Positions 47,289-58,458 of a DNA stretch of 64,000 bases are shown here, piece by piece. The DNA is taken from assembly GCA_937625935.1 (NCBI GenBank), contig OW569389.1, forward strand, positions 186,001 through 250,000, read 5' to 3'. Made by a program: the position numbers and the translations under genes. Source of the stretch: Tetramitus jugosus (lineage: Eukaryota > Protista > Heterolobosea). The notes beneath the pieces were generated by a model. That model made no database searches. It saw nothing but the letters and a program-made list of their open reading frames with translations, and was not told the origin of the DNA. The first letter of the stretch is position 1. The number at the start of each line of letters is the position of its first letter.

Positions 47289-50200
47289 ATGGGAAATCAA
47301 TTGGCAGTGGGTGGTTCCCTACAGGAACTTCACTTGCAAGATTTGGGTGAAGGAATCGTTCAAGAGAGAACATTGGGTGGTGGACGTTTACTCAAGAGTG
47401 TTCAATGTTGGTCAGAAGATGTGGAAATGCCCGTCGTGGTCAAAGTTTATTTAAAAAAGGATGATGGACAACCGATGGCTCTTCAAACGTATCACGACAA
47501 ATTGAAATGTACGATGCTTGCTCCTTGCTTCTTTCTAATTGATGTTGTTTTGATCATCATATGATGAATGTTTTTGGTCAATGACTGACTCTGGTTATTT
47601 TTTGTTTGAAAATTGAAAATTGTTGTTGTTGTTGTTTGAATGTTTGAATGTATGTATGTACGTATATATGTATGTACAGTGTTGAGTGAAAAGCTATCGT
47701 TGAAAAATCAACCCAATGTACTCATGTATCATCGAATGGTCGAAACAGACAAGGCTGGTTATCTCATGAGACAGTACTGTTATTCGAATTTGGCTGATCG
47801 TATCAGCACAAGGCCCTTCTTTAGTAATTTGAGCAAAAAGTGGATTGCGTATCAGATATTGAGTGGATTGCATCAGATTCGACAAGCCGGTCTCGCACAC
47901 GGTGATATCAAAGCAGAGAATATTGTTTTGACAGGTTGGGATTGGGTGTTTCTCACAGATTTGGCACCGTATAAGCCAGTGACATTACCGGCGGATGATC
48001 CATCGAATTTTGCCTACTTTTTCGACACTGCCGAACGAAGAATATGCTTGATTGCACCAGAGAGATTTTCATCATCGTCGTCTGTACCAACTGGGGTCTC
48101 TTCTTCGTCGTCGTCGTCATCATCTACCTCACAGTCATCGTCTTTTACAGCAAACAACGAACAACAAGTAACAGAGCAAATGGATGTGTTTAGTGTGGGT
48201 TGTGTGTTGGCTCAATTGTTTTTGGATGGTGAAGCACTGTTTGATCTGTCTCAACTGTTGGCCTATCGCAAGGGAGAAACTGAACATTTGACAACATGTC
48301 TCAATCGTATCGAAGATACAAATGTTAGACAAATGATTGCCCACATGCTTCAATTGGAGCCCGAGAAACGATACACTGCACAACAATATTTGCAAAAGTG
48401 GTCTCCACGAGTGTTTCCTCCCTATTTCCAATGGGTTCACGAGAATATTTTGTCGCAAATGGTGCTCAAGAGTTGTGATGACCGTATTTCACTCATTGCA
48501 GAAAAGTTTGACACTTTGATTCAAGTGTTTAAACAGGGTATTGTTCCTGTCCACAATGTTGATCGAAATGAGGCTCCACCAAGAGCAAAATCAGAACAGG
48601 ACAGTAAAAGCGATGGGCAAGTGCAGCAACAAAAAGCGCTTATAACTGAAACACCGACGCAAGACAACCATATTGCCAATAACGAACATGCCAAGAATTT
48701 GAACAGCAATGATGGATCAACATTGAATGATATTATCGACAAGGCAACACAATTTAAAAAGGATATTGAAAAGAATAATCTCGCAATGAACGACCTGAAC
48801 GAACAACAACAATACGCACAAGAATACAACGAAAAAATGACACAAATGAAGCAAATGAAACAAAAATCAACGATTGATGTTCGAGCAAACCAAATGTCTG
48901 CAGTTCAGAGACCAAATCAAACCAATCTCTCAAATTCAAACAAGGGAACTGAAATCATTGCCAGTTTGCTCTGTAGCAGTGTCAGAAATGCTCGAATTGT
49001 CAGCTCAAGAGTGAAAGGCCTAATATTAATGCAACAGCTGAGTGATTTCGCATCAAACTATACGCGATTGCAGCGACTTGTACCATACACTTGTGTCATG
49101 TTAAATAATCCGTCTCCGCTAGTCAAGAGCACTGCGATTCGCACTCTAACCTATGTTCTAGCTAAGATTACAGAGTTCCCAGCGAGTGAAGCCAACTTAT
49201 TCAACGATTATATTTTACCTGCATTGAGACCGTTGATGAATGATCCGTCCGATATGGTGAAAGTGACATTTGCTGAACACTTACCGTTGCTGGCCTACGA
49301 AGCAAGAAGGTTTTTGGAAATGGGCGAAGTGATCAAGCAGAATGCCTGGCGCAACAACAATGCTCAAATTGGTAGTAGCTTCTTTGAGATGGATGGTGTT
49401 GGTATGAATACAAACACGATCAAGGGAACCTACGACGCTGATTTGAATATGCTGCAAGATGAAATTGGCTCGATTGCACAATTTTTATTTGTGAGTGAAT
49501 GCGCTGCAGTGAAGAGAGCTCTGTTGAAGAACATTATGCAACTCTGCATCTTCTATGGAACGCGAAAGGCAGTTGACTCTGTACTATCTATCGTGATCAC
49601 TTTCCTCAATGGAAGAGAATGGCGTCTCAGACACGCTTTCTTTGAGCAAATTGTGGGAATATCTGTATTTGTGGGACCTGTAAACTTAAACGACTTTATT
49701 CTTCCATGTATCATGCAAGCGTTACATGACACCGAAGAAGCAGTCATAGAGCAAGCGCTCAGTGGTGTTGTAGCACTCTGTGAGTTGGGTATGTTCTACA
49801 AGAGAACCTTGTTCGATCTGGCAAATAGGATTCGTCCACTCCTTCATCATCCAAACACATGGATCCGATATGATGCTGTTGCGTTTTTCGCAGCCGTCAG
49901 CAAACAAATTGGGCTCGCAGATACGAGCTGCTTCTTGTTGGATATACTGAGACCACATTTGAAAGACGAAATCTTTGTCGTTTCGGAAAGCTCCTTATTG
50001 CAAGCAGTGAAAGCACCAATTGCTCGACACTTGTATGAAAAGGTGCTCAGTAGCTCCTTTGATAATCTGCTGTCGTTGAATCACCTTGGTGATTCGTCTA
50101 TTGAGGCCAAAGTAGCTCGCTGGAAACAAATTTTAACTCTACCAGAAATGTCGACTGAAGACGCAGAAAAGCTCGATCTGATGAAACCTTTTATTGACCA

Positions 50201-52022
50201 GATTGCCATGTCACTTCAATCGAAGATGTACGATCAAAATATCAGCAGCAGTCACACAGAGTTGATTACGGGTGAACCTATCAAACTAAATCTTCAACTG
50301 CATACACACTACATTGCTGTTGAGAGTCCTTTTGCTCCACTTCAGCACCACACTGGCCCCAGTAATACATCCAATAGAACAAAGGAACAAAAGCCATTCC
50401 AACACGAGTGGAGCGCATTCTTCAACAAGCCAAACCCAAGGAAGATTGTTGGAGGAAATACATCCAACATTGGAGGCAGCTCCCCAATGTCTGTCTCATC
50501 ACCCTCCGGTCTCAGTGGCAATTCTATGGGATCTGGCATATTTACATCAGGAGTGTCTGGCCTGTCAAAGAAGGAGCTGAACCGATTCCGACCAACTGGT
50601 CAAATTTGTGCCCAGAGTCACGAACACAAAGGAAGCATTAACGAACTGGCAGTGCATGACAGTTTGAGTTGGTTCGTGAGTGGTGGAAACGATGGTACTG
50701 TTCGGCTATGGGATCTAAAACAGTCAGATCGTGACTACTCCATGGTCAGTAAGATGACTTGCCATGTTCCATCCAATGGAAAGGTGATGGGTGTAGCGAT
50801 ATTGAATCTTAACACGCCCTTAATTGCTGCTGGTACAGACACTGGTTGTCTGAGCTTGTTTTCACCTGAAACAGGGACTTCGATCTATGATATTCACATC
50901 TCTGAGCAAGGTACTCTCTTCTCTTCTCCAACTGACAGCCAACTGCCCTCCATCAATGTTGTCAGACCATTCACAATCAATCTCACACCTCTCCTCATGG
51001 TGGGCAATCAGTCCGGTATGATTGTGGGTATAGACCCTCGAATACGACGTGAGGCATTCAGATGGAAGAGCAGAGAATCAGTTCAACAAGGTCCGATCAC
51101 AGCCATTTGTGGTGAAGAGTCATGGATGGTCAGTGGAACGAGACGAGGTTTTATTACTCTCTGGGATCTTCGATTCCAGATATCTGTATTTACGAATAGG
51201 ATATCTCATACAAGGATCAATAGAATTGGAGTATACAATGAACCAACCAATAATAGTGCCCATGGTAGCGCCTCCCCTAGTATTTATGTTGCTGCGGGTA
51301 CTCGTGATGTGAAATTGTGGAATCTAGAATCGGGAAAGGTGTCAGCAGTGTATAGAAGTTTTGACAAACGTTTACCAGTTTCTAGTTCCTCCTCCACTAG
51401 ATCAACCAAACCTCAAATGAAGATGAACAGCTCGTCAACATCACTGGACTCGTCTGGATCAAGCGATGGATCTTCTACCCCTCAAGCTGACCCAATCAGA
51501 AGAAGATTGTCTGGCGCATCTGCCAAGGATCCATTTGCAATCAAGGAGTTGGAAAGAATCAACTGGGAGAGAGATGATGCGAACCCTCAGGCATCCTATC
51601 CGTTTGAAGTGAAAGCTCTTCATGTCAATCCGGATGGCAACTTTTTGTCTGGTAGTTCGGATTGCCGTATTCGGTACTGGGATTCCAACCATCCAGAACA
51701 ATCCTACATTCTATCTGGTTTGGAGACCACTGAAAGCAGTCTTTATCATGTACAGACAGATGTGCCAACCTCGGGTGTAATTGGTGGAAGTAGTGGCTCT
51801 GGGTTCTCAACCCCCAGTACCAATACTGTGAGCACAACAACAATCGTTGCTGAGACAATCAAAGCCCTTCCAAACCAATCACAATCGAGAAAGGGAGGTG
51901 CGTTCTCTTCACCAATTTCTACCAAGCACGTCGATACCATCACGGACATTAAGCTCGTCGGAACACATGCTCCCATGGTTCTTTCATCTTCCAGAGACGG
52001 TGTTCTCAAAATGTGGATCTAA
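47289..52022 (+). CDS. PIK3R4: VPS15 / PI3K regulatory subunit 4, 2 exons: 47289-47508, 47680-52022
   Basis: Myristoylation start MGNQL, DRISTRPF, HGDIKAENI, KPVTLPADDPSNFAYFFDT, HEAT repeats, C-terminal WD40 ending SRDGVLKMW; intron 47509-47679, phase 1. Confidence 0.95.
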
Positions 52023-52076
52023 ATCGAAAGCACCACTACATTAAACTGTAAATCTTGTTTTTATCCATCATATATT

Positions 52077-53123
52077 TTATTGCATCTTTTGAGAGCACAT
52101 GTCGAGCATGACGTCACCCACGGAACAAGTGGCCAAACACGATCCATCATTCACATTCCACAGCTTGACACATCCATCATTTCCTCCAAGAGAAGCACAA
52201 GTGCTGGCATTGACTGCATAGAGACAACTGACCACCTTTTCGTGTGCCTCTTCAATCTCCAGAGCAGCAGTGACGCTCGATGTTGGAGATGATGAATCAG
52301 AAGGCAAACTTCTCAAATCAAACACCTTCATATCACCCAAAACTCCACCAACAACAATTCTTTCACCACAGCTCGTCACACACATGGTCTGCTTACTCGT
52401 TCCCAAGAATGTGTGAATCAATCGATTGTTTCTCAAATCCCACAATTGAACTCTTCTGTCATCTCCCACACTGATCAATGTAGAGCTATGAGAGTTGTAA
52501 TGAATGTCGCGAACACGATCGCTGTGACCTTGTAGCTTATGAGTCATCACTGCATTGTTTTTGACATCGAATACACGAATGCTTGAATCAGCGCTCAACA
52601 CAAAGAGACGTTGATTCACGCGATCAGCCTTCAACTTGAAACAAGCCAAATTTTCATCCTCCATTTGGACAGTTTCCTCTGGTTGAGCATCATTTACAAA
52701 AGTTCCAGAAATTTCTGGATTTTCAGTTTCTCCTCCTTGTTGCGTCGCTGACAAAAGCTTTTGTGTGTTCCAAATTTTGAAACAACCATCGAAACCACCG
52801 GTAATAATTCTTCCATTGTCTCCAGTGGATGCCATCTCTGTACAACACATGACTTCTTCATTGTGAGCCTTGAATTGAACCACTCTCTCAAACACGCCAT
52901 TACTGCTCTGATTCACAATGGAACAAGTTTTATCATAACTGGACAACAAGAAATGATTATTGGACAATTGTTTGAGTGGAACAATGTTTGTAATGACTGT
53001 CGAGTGATGATTCATTGGTATGTCAGTGTGTGAAAGAGTAGAGTTGCTATCTGCATTGTTTTTGGAGTCAAAGGAAATTTGACGAATGACTGGTGCTTTG
53101 CCCACAATGTTTAATTGGAACAT
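52077..53123 (-). CDS. WD40-repeat protein
   Basis: Repeated GH/AH...D..[VI]x[LI]W[DN] motifs. Confidence 0.85.
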   Translation of the reverse strand: MFQLNIVGKAPVIRQISFDSKNNADSNSTLSHTDIPMNHHSTVITNIVPLKQLSNNHFLLSSYDKTCSIVNQSSNGVFERVVQFKAHNEEVMCCTEMASTGDNGRIITGGFDGCFKIWNTQKLLSATQQGGETENPEISGTFVNDAQPEETVQMEDENLACFKLKADRVNQRLFVLSADSSIRVFDVKNNAVMTHKLQGHSDRVRDIHYNSHSSTLISVGDDRRVQLWDLRNNRLIHTFLGTSKQTMCVTSCGERIVVGGVLGDMKVFDLRSLPSDSSSPTSSVTAALEIEEAHEKVVSCLYAVNASTCASLGGNDGCVKLWNVNDGSCLATCSVGDVMLDMCSQKMQ

Positions 53124-53632
53124 GTTCTTGATGTGTGTGTTTGTTTGATTTTTTTTGTGTGAAAGAAATTCTTGTTGTTGTGATCGGAGATTTGGTTCCC
53201 TGGCCCGACTTCAAGATCTGGGATCACTACTCTACTGCTTAAGTTTATTGAGTACTCTCAATAAACATGCGCACTGAATGTCACATAGAGTTCGATGACT
53301 ACTGATATCGTGTACTTGAACCATGTTTCCCGTCAAAAAGACCGTCTGTGAAACGCGGAGAGAGGTACACCTGACATTGGTGACCAACATTGACCCAGAA
53401 TACTGCTGCAATCATCCTAATTCAACGCATTGACCACCACCAACTCATTTGGGCACTTTGCATGACACTACCAGCATACATTGGTGAACTCTTGTTCACT
53501 GGTGCCGGCTTGTTCGGCATCCGCTCACCACAACCGTCATCACAGACTTTCCGTTTGAACACTTCAAAAATACTTGACAAGAACTATTCTTCTTCGATTT
53601 CTCACACACAAGAAAACCAACAAACCTTTAAC

Positions 53633-55426
53633 ATGGAATTGCCAAGGAAGAGATCAAATATTGCAAACGAAGACATATTTCACGAAGAGTTCTTGAACAA
53701 TGATGGAACCAGATATGATGACACGGATGATCATATGGCAGACGAAGATTTGACCCAACATCCAATGCAACAACAACAACAACAACAACACAGGAAGAGA
53801 TCCAAACGAAACCAAAACTTTGTTCGTCGCTCATTGAACTCCATTGCCGATTTTTATTATTCGATCGAAGGCTTATTCCTCTATGAAATTCCCTACTATT
53901 ATCACGAGAAGGAAACACTGTCTGTCAGTATCATTACTGCACTGTTGAATGCCATCTTGTTGATGTGTATATTGCTCAATCCGTACAAGCCCTATTGGAC
54001 ATATGGTGTGATCACTGTTCTCTCATTGCTTAGCTTGAACAATGCAGTTGCGTTTTTTATGGCCAGTAAGTCCTATCAGTTGATCCACGGTATTCAAAAG
54101 AAGGATCAATTGTTACAGTCGCTGAATAGTCATTGGGATGGAGACCAACCCTATTTGATTCCCAATGTTGCATTGGTTGGTAGTAACAAATCGATTCGAG
54201 AGAAACAATTGGATGCTCCTGTGCCTATTGAGTCAGAAGACGGTGTTCTGGATCATTTGGGAGAGGATTTTGAAGATGAGGAGGAAAATGATGGATCATC
54301 ATCGTCTCCACTGTTGCACATTGTTGGACCATTGTTGATCCAGTCCCTTGTTTGGCTGTTTCACTTCCTGACGTGCTCACTGTTGAAGAAGAGAGAACGC
54401 GTACACATTGGGTCATCGTCATCATTGATGAACGATCACTCGACTGTTGGTCAATCAAACGATCGTCATCCTTCGATGATGAACGGTAATAGTTCCAACC
54501 GAATCAGATCTCTTGAACTATCTGTTTGGAGTTATTCCTTGCTGCAGAAGAACCTGTTTTGCTTCTTCTCTCCCCTTCAAGTCCTATTGTGTACCTATTG
54601 TCTGTTTTTCAACTATAGTTGGACCAACAGTATTGTGATCATGTCGGCTTGTATGAGTCTGGGTGCAATGACTCACTTCATTCTAGGCAAATTTGAACAA
54701 AAGGAGTCCCATCAACGATTGATTAACTTTGAAGCCATGTACGAGCAACAACTCACAATGAATAAGCCAAAGACAGAATCAAAGTACTCTCCTCCAGCAG
54801 CTCCTTCAATTGCTGTTCAACAACAGGCTCAACCACACCATAGAGTCAATGTCGGAATGCCAAGAAGAGCCACTCTCACTGCTCCTGTGTTCAGCTCTGC
54901 TATCGCTCAGCCCTCTCCTCTTCAACATGCTTCTGCTCCCCAGTTGGAAGAAGCATCAGTGCTCACTGCTCAGGATACCAGAGCTCCCACCCCGTTATAC
55001 TACTTGAAACAGCAGTACGAACAGAAGAGAAGGGAAAGTTGGAGAGAAGCAAGGGTGAATGAATCATTGGATGAACTCAATCGACAAGCAGAATCCCGAA
55101 TGAGTGAAATCTCCACAGGTAGCTCGACCTCGACCACCAATCAAAATAGGCCTACTCAAAGATTATCCACAACAACCACCCCTGCATCAGAGCCAGTTCC
55201 TGTTAGTCGCATATCATCCATCAACGAGGAGGAAGCTCCCCAACTTGTCCACATCCCTGGAACAAGTAACACACGAATCAGTACCCTGCTCCAAAATGTG
55301 ATCCAACCCTCAACAACCAATAACTCTGGCTTACCATTGAGAGAGGATCAAACTGTAGGTAAGACAGAAGAAACAGCGAAAACCAAGAAGAACATTTTCC
55401 AAAAGAGCAAGCGCTCCAAGAAGTAG
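53633..55426 (+). CDS. Nur1/Mug154 (DUF2418)-like nuclear rim membrane protein
   Basis: TM pair then SKSYQL; ELSVWSYSLLQKNLFCFFSPLQV; TM pair then F.QK....LINFEAMYE; disordered C-terminus; start taken at MELPRK. Confidence 0.6.
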   Translation: MELPRKRSNIANEDIFHEEFLNNDGTRYDDTDDHMADEDLTQHPMQQQQQQQHRKRSKRNQNFVRRSLNSIADFYYSIEGLFLYEIPYYYHEKETLSVSIITALLNAILLMCILLNPYKPYWTYGVITVLSLLSLNNAVAFFMASKSYQLIHGIQKKDQLLQSLNSHWDGDQPYLIPNVALVGSNKSIREKQLDAPVPIESEDGVLDHLGEDFEDEEENDGSSSSPLLHIVGPLLIQSLVWLFHFLTCSLLKKRERVHIGSSSSLMNDHSTVGQSNDRHPSMMNGNSSNRIRSLELSVWSYSLLQKNLFCFFSPLQVLLCTYCLFFNYSWTNSIVIMSACMSLGAMTHFILGKFEQKESHQRLINFEAMYEQQLTMNKPKTESKYSPPAAPSIAVQQQAQPHHRVNVGMPRRATLTAPVFSSAIAQPSPLQHASAPQLEEASVLTAQDTRAPTPLYYLKQQYEQKRRESWREARVNESLDELNRQAESRMSEISTGSSTSTTNQNRPTQRLSTTTTPASEPVPVSRISSINEEEAPQLVHIPGTSNTRISTLLQNVIQPSTTNNSGLPLREDQTVGKTEETAKTKKNIFQKSKRSKK

Positions 55427-55955
55427 ACAATCCTATCGGTGGTCACTTATTTGTTCAAGGATGTCCTCAAGTGTAATCTTCCCGCTTCACACACCCACGC
55501 AAGGCATGAATAAATGACGACCATCTCTTTCTGTTTTGTACCTGCCGGTTCCCTTTTGGGTTATAGATTTTGCCCGCTCACTGTGTTGACAGCCAGACTG
55601 TGTGAAATGGCCTCCCCTCTTTATTTGCCGCCCCTCAGCGCCGGGCTAACATGAGATCCTCCAACCAAGCTTTGTTGTCTCACGATATCACAGGGTGTCT
55701 CTTTCTAAGCCTCTAGCCTGCTACCCAACCTTCCTTGCATTGTTGTCATTCCAATTCTCCCAAAACGAGAGGCAGCCGATATCCCACACAACACAACAAA
55801 ACGTTTTAAAAAACGAGTCATCTGCATGAACCAAAGCGACCTTGTTAGCTCTTATTAGACCGTCTCACTCCCATTCCCTCACATTTCCACTTATTAGAAG
55901 ATTTTATTCGAACATTAGACTTGCATTCCTCCAGTAATAATAATACGAATCAACC

Positions 55956-57650
55956 ATGACACCCACGCGTCATCCACCACATCATCATTCTCACCACCAA
56001 AACCATGATGGTTCTTCTTCACCTTCTCATCATCATGTGGTCCCTTCAATCGACGATTTGAAAACAAGCGACCATGAAACTTCTTTGAGATCTACACCTC
56101 CATTTTCTTCATCGACATCAACAGCAGCCACCACATCACCCAACACAACCAACAACAACAACAACAAAACTACAAGTAGTAGTAGTACTACTACAGCAAA
56201 CAATCAATCTCAATTATCCTTCTCGCATTCCAATCATGATAACAACAATAGTCAACAACAACAACAACGTCTCATTCAAATGCCACCCAAAATACTTGAA
56301 CCAGCCATGAACACTCTCAGTCTCGTTCATAGTCCAACAAGTGCCAGTCCAATGACTGACTATTGCTTCAATTTATTCAAGAACCAATTTTTTCAAACAG
56401 TCGCTTCACCAGTTGGAAGCAGAAACAGTAGTCCTATTCCATTCACATTCAATACGACTACTACACATGGTATGATTTGTGATCTTCATCATGGAACCAA
56501 CCACATGATTGGTTATGGTTTGAACAGTCCTCATCATCACATGAATCGCGCAAAGCTCACCAATTCCCCTCCTGTTTCCACTACTACTGCTGCTGCTGCA
56601 CAGATCATGACGACATCGTCATCTACAAGCATCAGTAGCAGTAGCTCAAGGTCAACCACCATTCACAGTCATCATCACCATAATCAGCCAGAAAAACACG
56701 TGTATTATCCTTCAATGAATGGTAATCATCACATGGTTGCTGAACATCCTCATCATTTCCAGCATGTCGACATTCAATCCTCATTGGATCACCACCCCCA
56801 CTATCATTCAAACGGTGAGAATGGATACAGTATGAATCCAAAAAAGAGGCGATTGCAATTGAACCCCATTTACACTGGTTCAAAATCTGGTCGACCTTCC
56901 GCAGTGAGAAGAGGTGTAGGAGCTGCCTCTGAGGAAGAAGCTGGATCACTTGCATATTCGAGCGATAGCCCCAAGCAACATGACAAAGATTCCAAGCAGG
57001 GCCCACACTTGAAGAGGCGAAAATTGGATTACGAAAGGAATAAGGGGGTTATAGACCACAATTCCAAGGAGGGGTACTCCGATGACGAAACAGACAGGTC
57101 CGGCGAATTTTCTCCGTTGGTTCAGCACCGGAATAATGGAGATTCATCGGAAGATGAAGGAGGAGAATCTGCCGAATTGGATGATCGTGTTGACGTGGAT
57201 GTTGACTCGTTGTCGGACGAGGACACAGATTACAATAATGATGAGGACGATGATGAAGATGATGATGAATACATTGAACAAGGAAACAATCACATTAGTC
57301 AGAAGAAAAGAAGGTCTGTCCTTACTGCAAAGGACAGAAGTCCAACAACAGACAGAGCAGCAAGAAAGAACAAGTCAGCCAATAACAATAACAGAAGGAA
57401 TACAAAGAAAAAGCCCAATACGAGTGCATCCTCAGGCTCCGATTCCACCAAATCCAAAAAGTTTAACAATGGTGTGTGGACACAGGAGGAGCACGAAAGA
57501 TTCTTGGAGGGTTATCGCCAATGTGGCAGAAATTGGTCACGCATCGCCAAAGTGCATGTGAAAACAAGAGAACGAACACAGATTGCTTCCCATGCTCAAA
57601 AATGGTTCAAGAAGTTACAAAAGTCAGGAAATGGTGATACAGCCAACTGA
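55956..57650 (+). CDS. Single-repeat Myb transcription factor, SHAQKYF class
   Basis: C-terminal GVWTQEEHERFLEG...GRNWSRIA..VKTRERTQIASHAQKWF; long disordered N-terminus with NLS-like KKRR and KRRK. Confidence 0.9.
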   Translation: MTPTRHPPHHHSHHQNHDGSSSPSHHHVVPSIDDLKTSDHETSLRSTPPFSSSTSTAATTSPNTTNNNNNKTTSSSSTTTANNQSQLSFSHSNHDNNNSQQQQQRLIQMPPKILEPAMNTLSLVHSPTSASPMTDYCFNLFKNQFFQTVASPVGSRNSSPIPFTFNTTTTHGMICDLHHGTNHMIGYGLNSPHHHMNRAKLTNSPPVSTTTAAAAQIMTTSSSTSISSSSSRSTTIHSHHHHNQPEKHVYYPSMNGNHHMVAEHPHHFQHVDIQSSLDHHPHYHSNGENGYSMNPKKRRLQLNPIYTGSKSGRPSAVRRGVGAASEEEAGSLAYSSDSPKQHDKDSKQGPHLKRRKLDYERNKGVIDHNSKEGYSDDETDRSGEFSPLVQHRNNGDSSEDEGGESAELDDRVDVDVDSLSDEDTDYNNDEDDDEDDDEYIEQGNNHISQKKRRSVLTAKDRSPTTDRAARKNKSANNNNRRNTKKKPNTSASSGSDSTKSKKFNNGVWTQEEHERFLEGYRQCGRNWSRIAKVHVKTRERTQIASHAQKWFKKLQKSGNGDTAN

Positions 57651-58034
57651 AGCCACTCAGATCATGAAGCATTTTCTTGTACAGTTCTGATACCAATAAG
57701 AGAGAGAGGAGGATTGATACACATGCGACACTAATTTTGAAGACCACCTCCAAGTGTCTCATTCATAATCCCATCTAACACTTTCACATTTTTCGTAAAG
57801 GTGTTTCACGTTATTTATTATTACTTACAGTTATCCTTGGCAATCATTCTCACCCAATGGGATCCTTTCCTTCCATGGCTCACAAACACATGGAACGAAC
57901 AAGTAAACTATTCATTTCTTCAAAATCAAACTTCAACGAACAGAGTGTGATACTCTCATATCATTCAAACAACAGTGTGCATCCTCTCTCATCTCATCAA
58001 CACAAGTGCAAATACTCAAATGTTCGATAATCTT

Positions 58035-58295
58035 CTACTTTTCTTGTCTTGTGCTCGATGACACTGATGACAATGATTCTCTCTCCAAAATCTTCTCCAC
58101 AATTCCCTCTTCCTTGATTTCCTTCAACAATTGTGCACGCAAATGAGCTTCTGTCTTGTCCTTGTACGACTTTTGCATATAATATTCAAGTTTCAATCCA
58201 TAAAATCCACCAGTGAACACACAAAACGTCATTCCAATCACCTTCCATCCCACATGGTTGCCCTGCTTGGTGAACGAACGAAGTCTAAACGCCAT
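58035..58295 (-). CDS. Small single-TM protein, possibly mitochondrial
   Basis: 86 aa from MAFRLRSF; one TM (VIGMTFCVFTGGFYGL) then a charged helix; divergent from CRNKL1. Confidence 0.55.
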   Translation of the reverse strand: MAFRLRSFTKQGNHVGWKVIGMTFCVFTGGFYGLKLEYYMQKSYKDKTEAHLRAQLLKEIKEEGIVEKILERESLSSVSSSTRQEK

Positions 58296-58458
58296 TTTCA
58301 CACTTTTTTCTCTAGGAATTGTTGTTTTTCCGAACAGTTTGTTCAACCAAATCACTGAATTATGCATATGAAAAACCTCCGACACCCAGAAAAAATACAG
58401 AGATCAATCGATTTAGAGAGCAACTCTTTTGTGTGTGAGCCAGAGTCGTACAAGCAAA

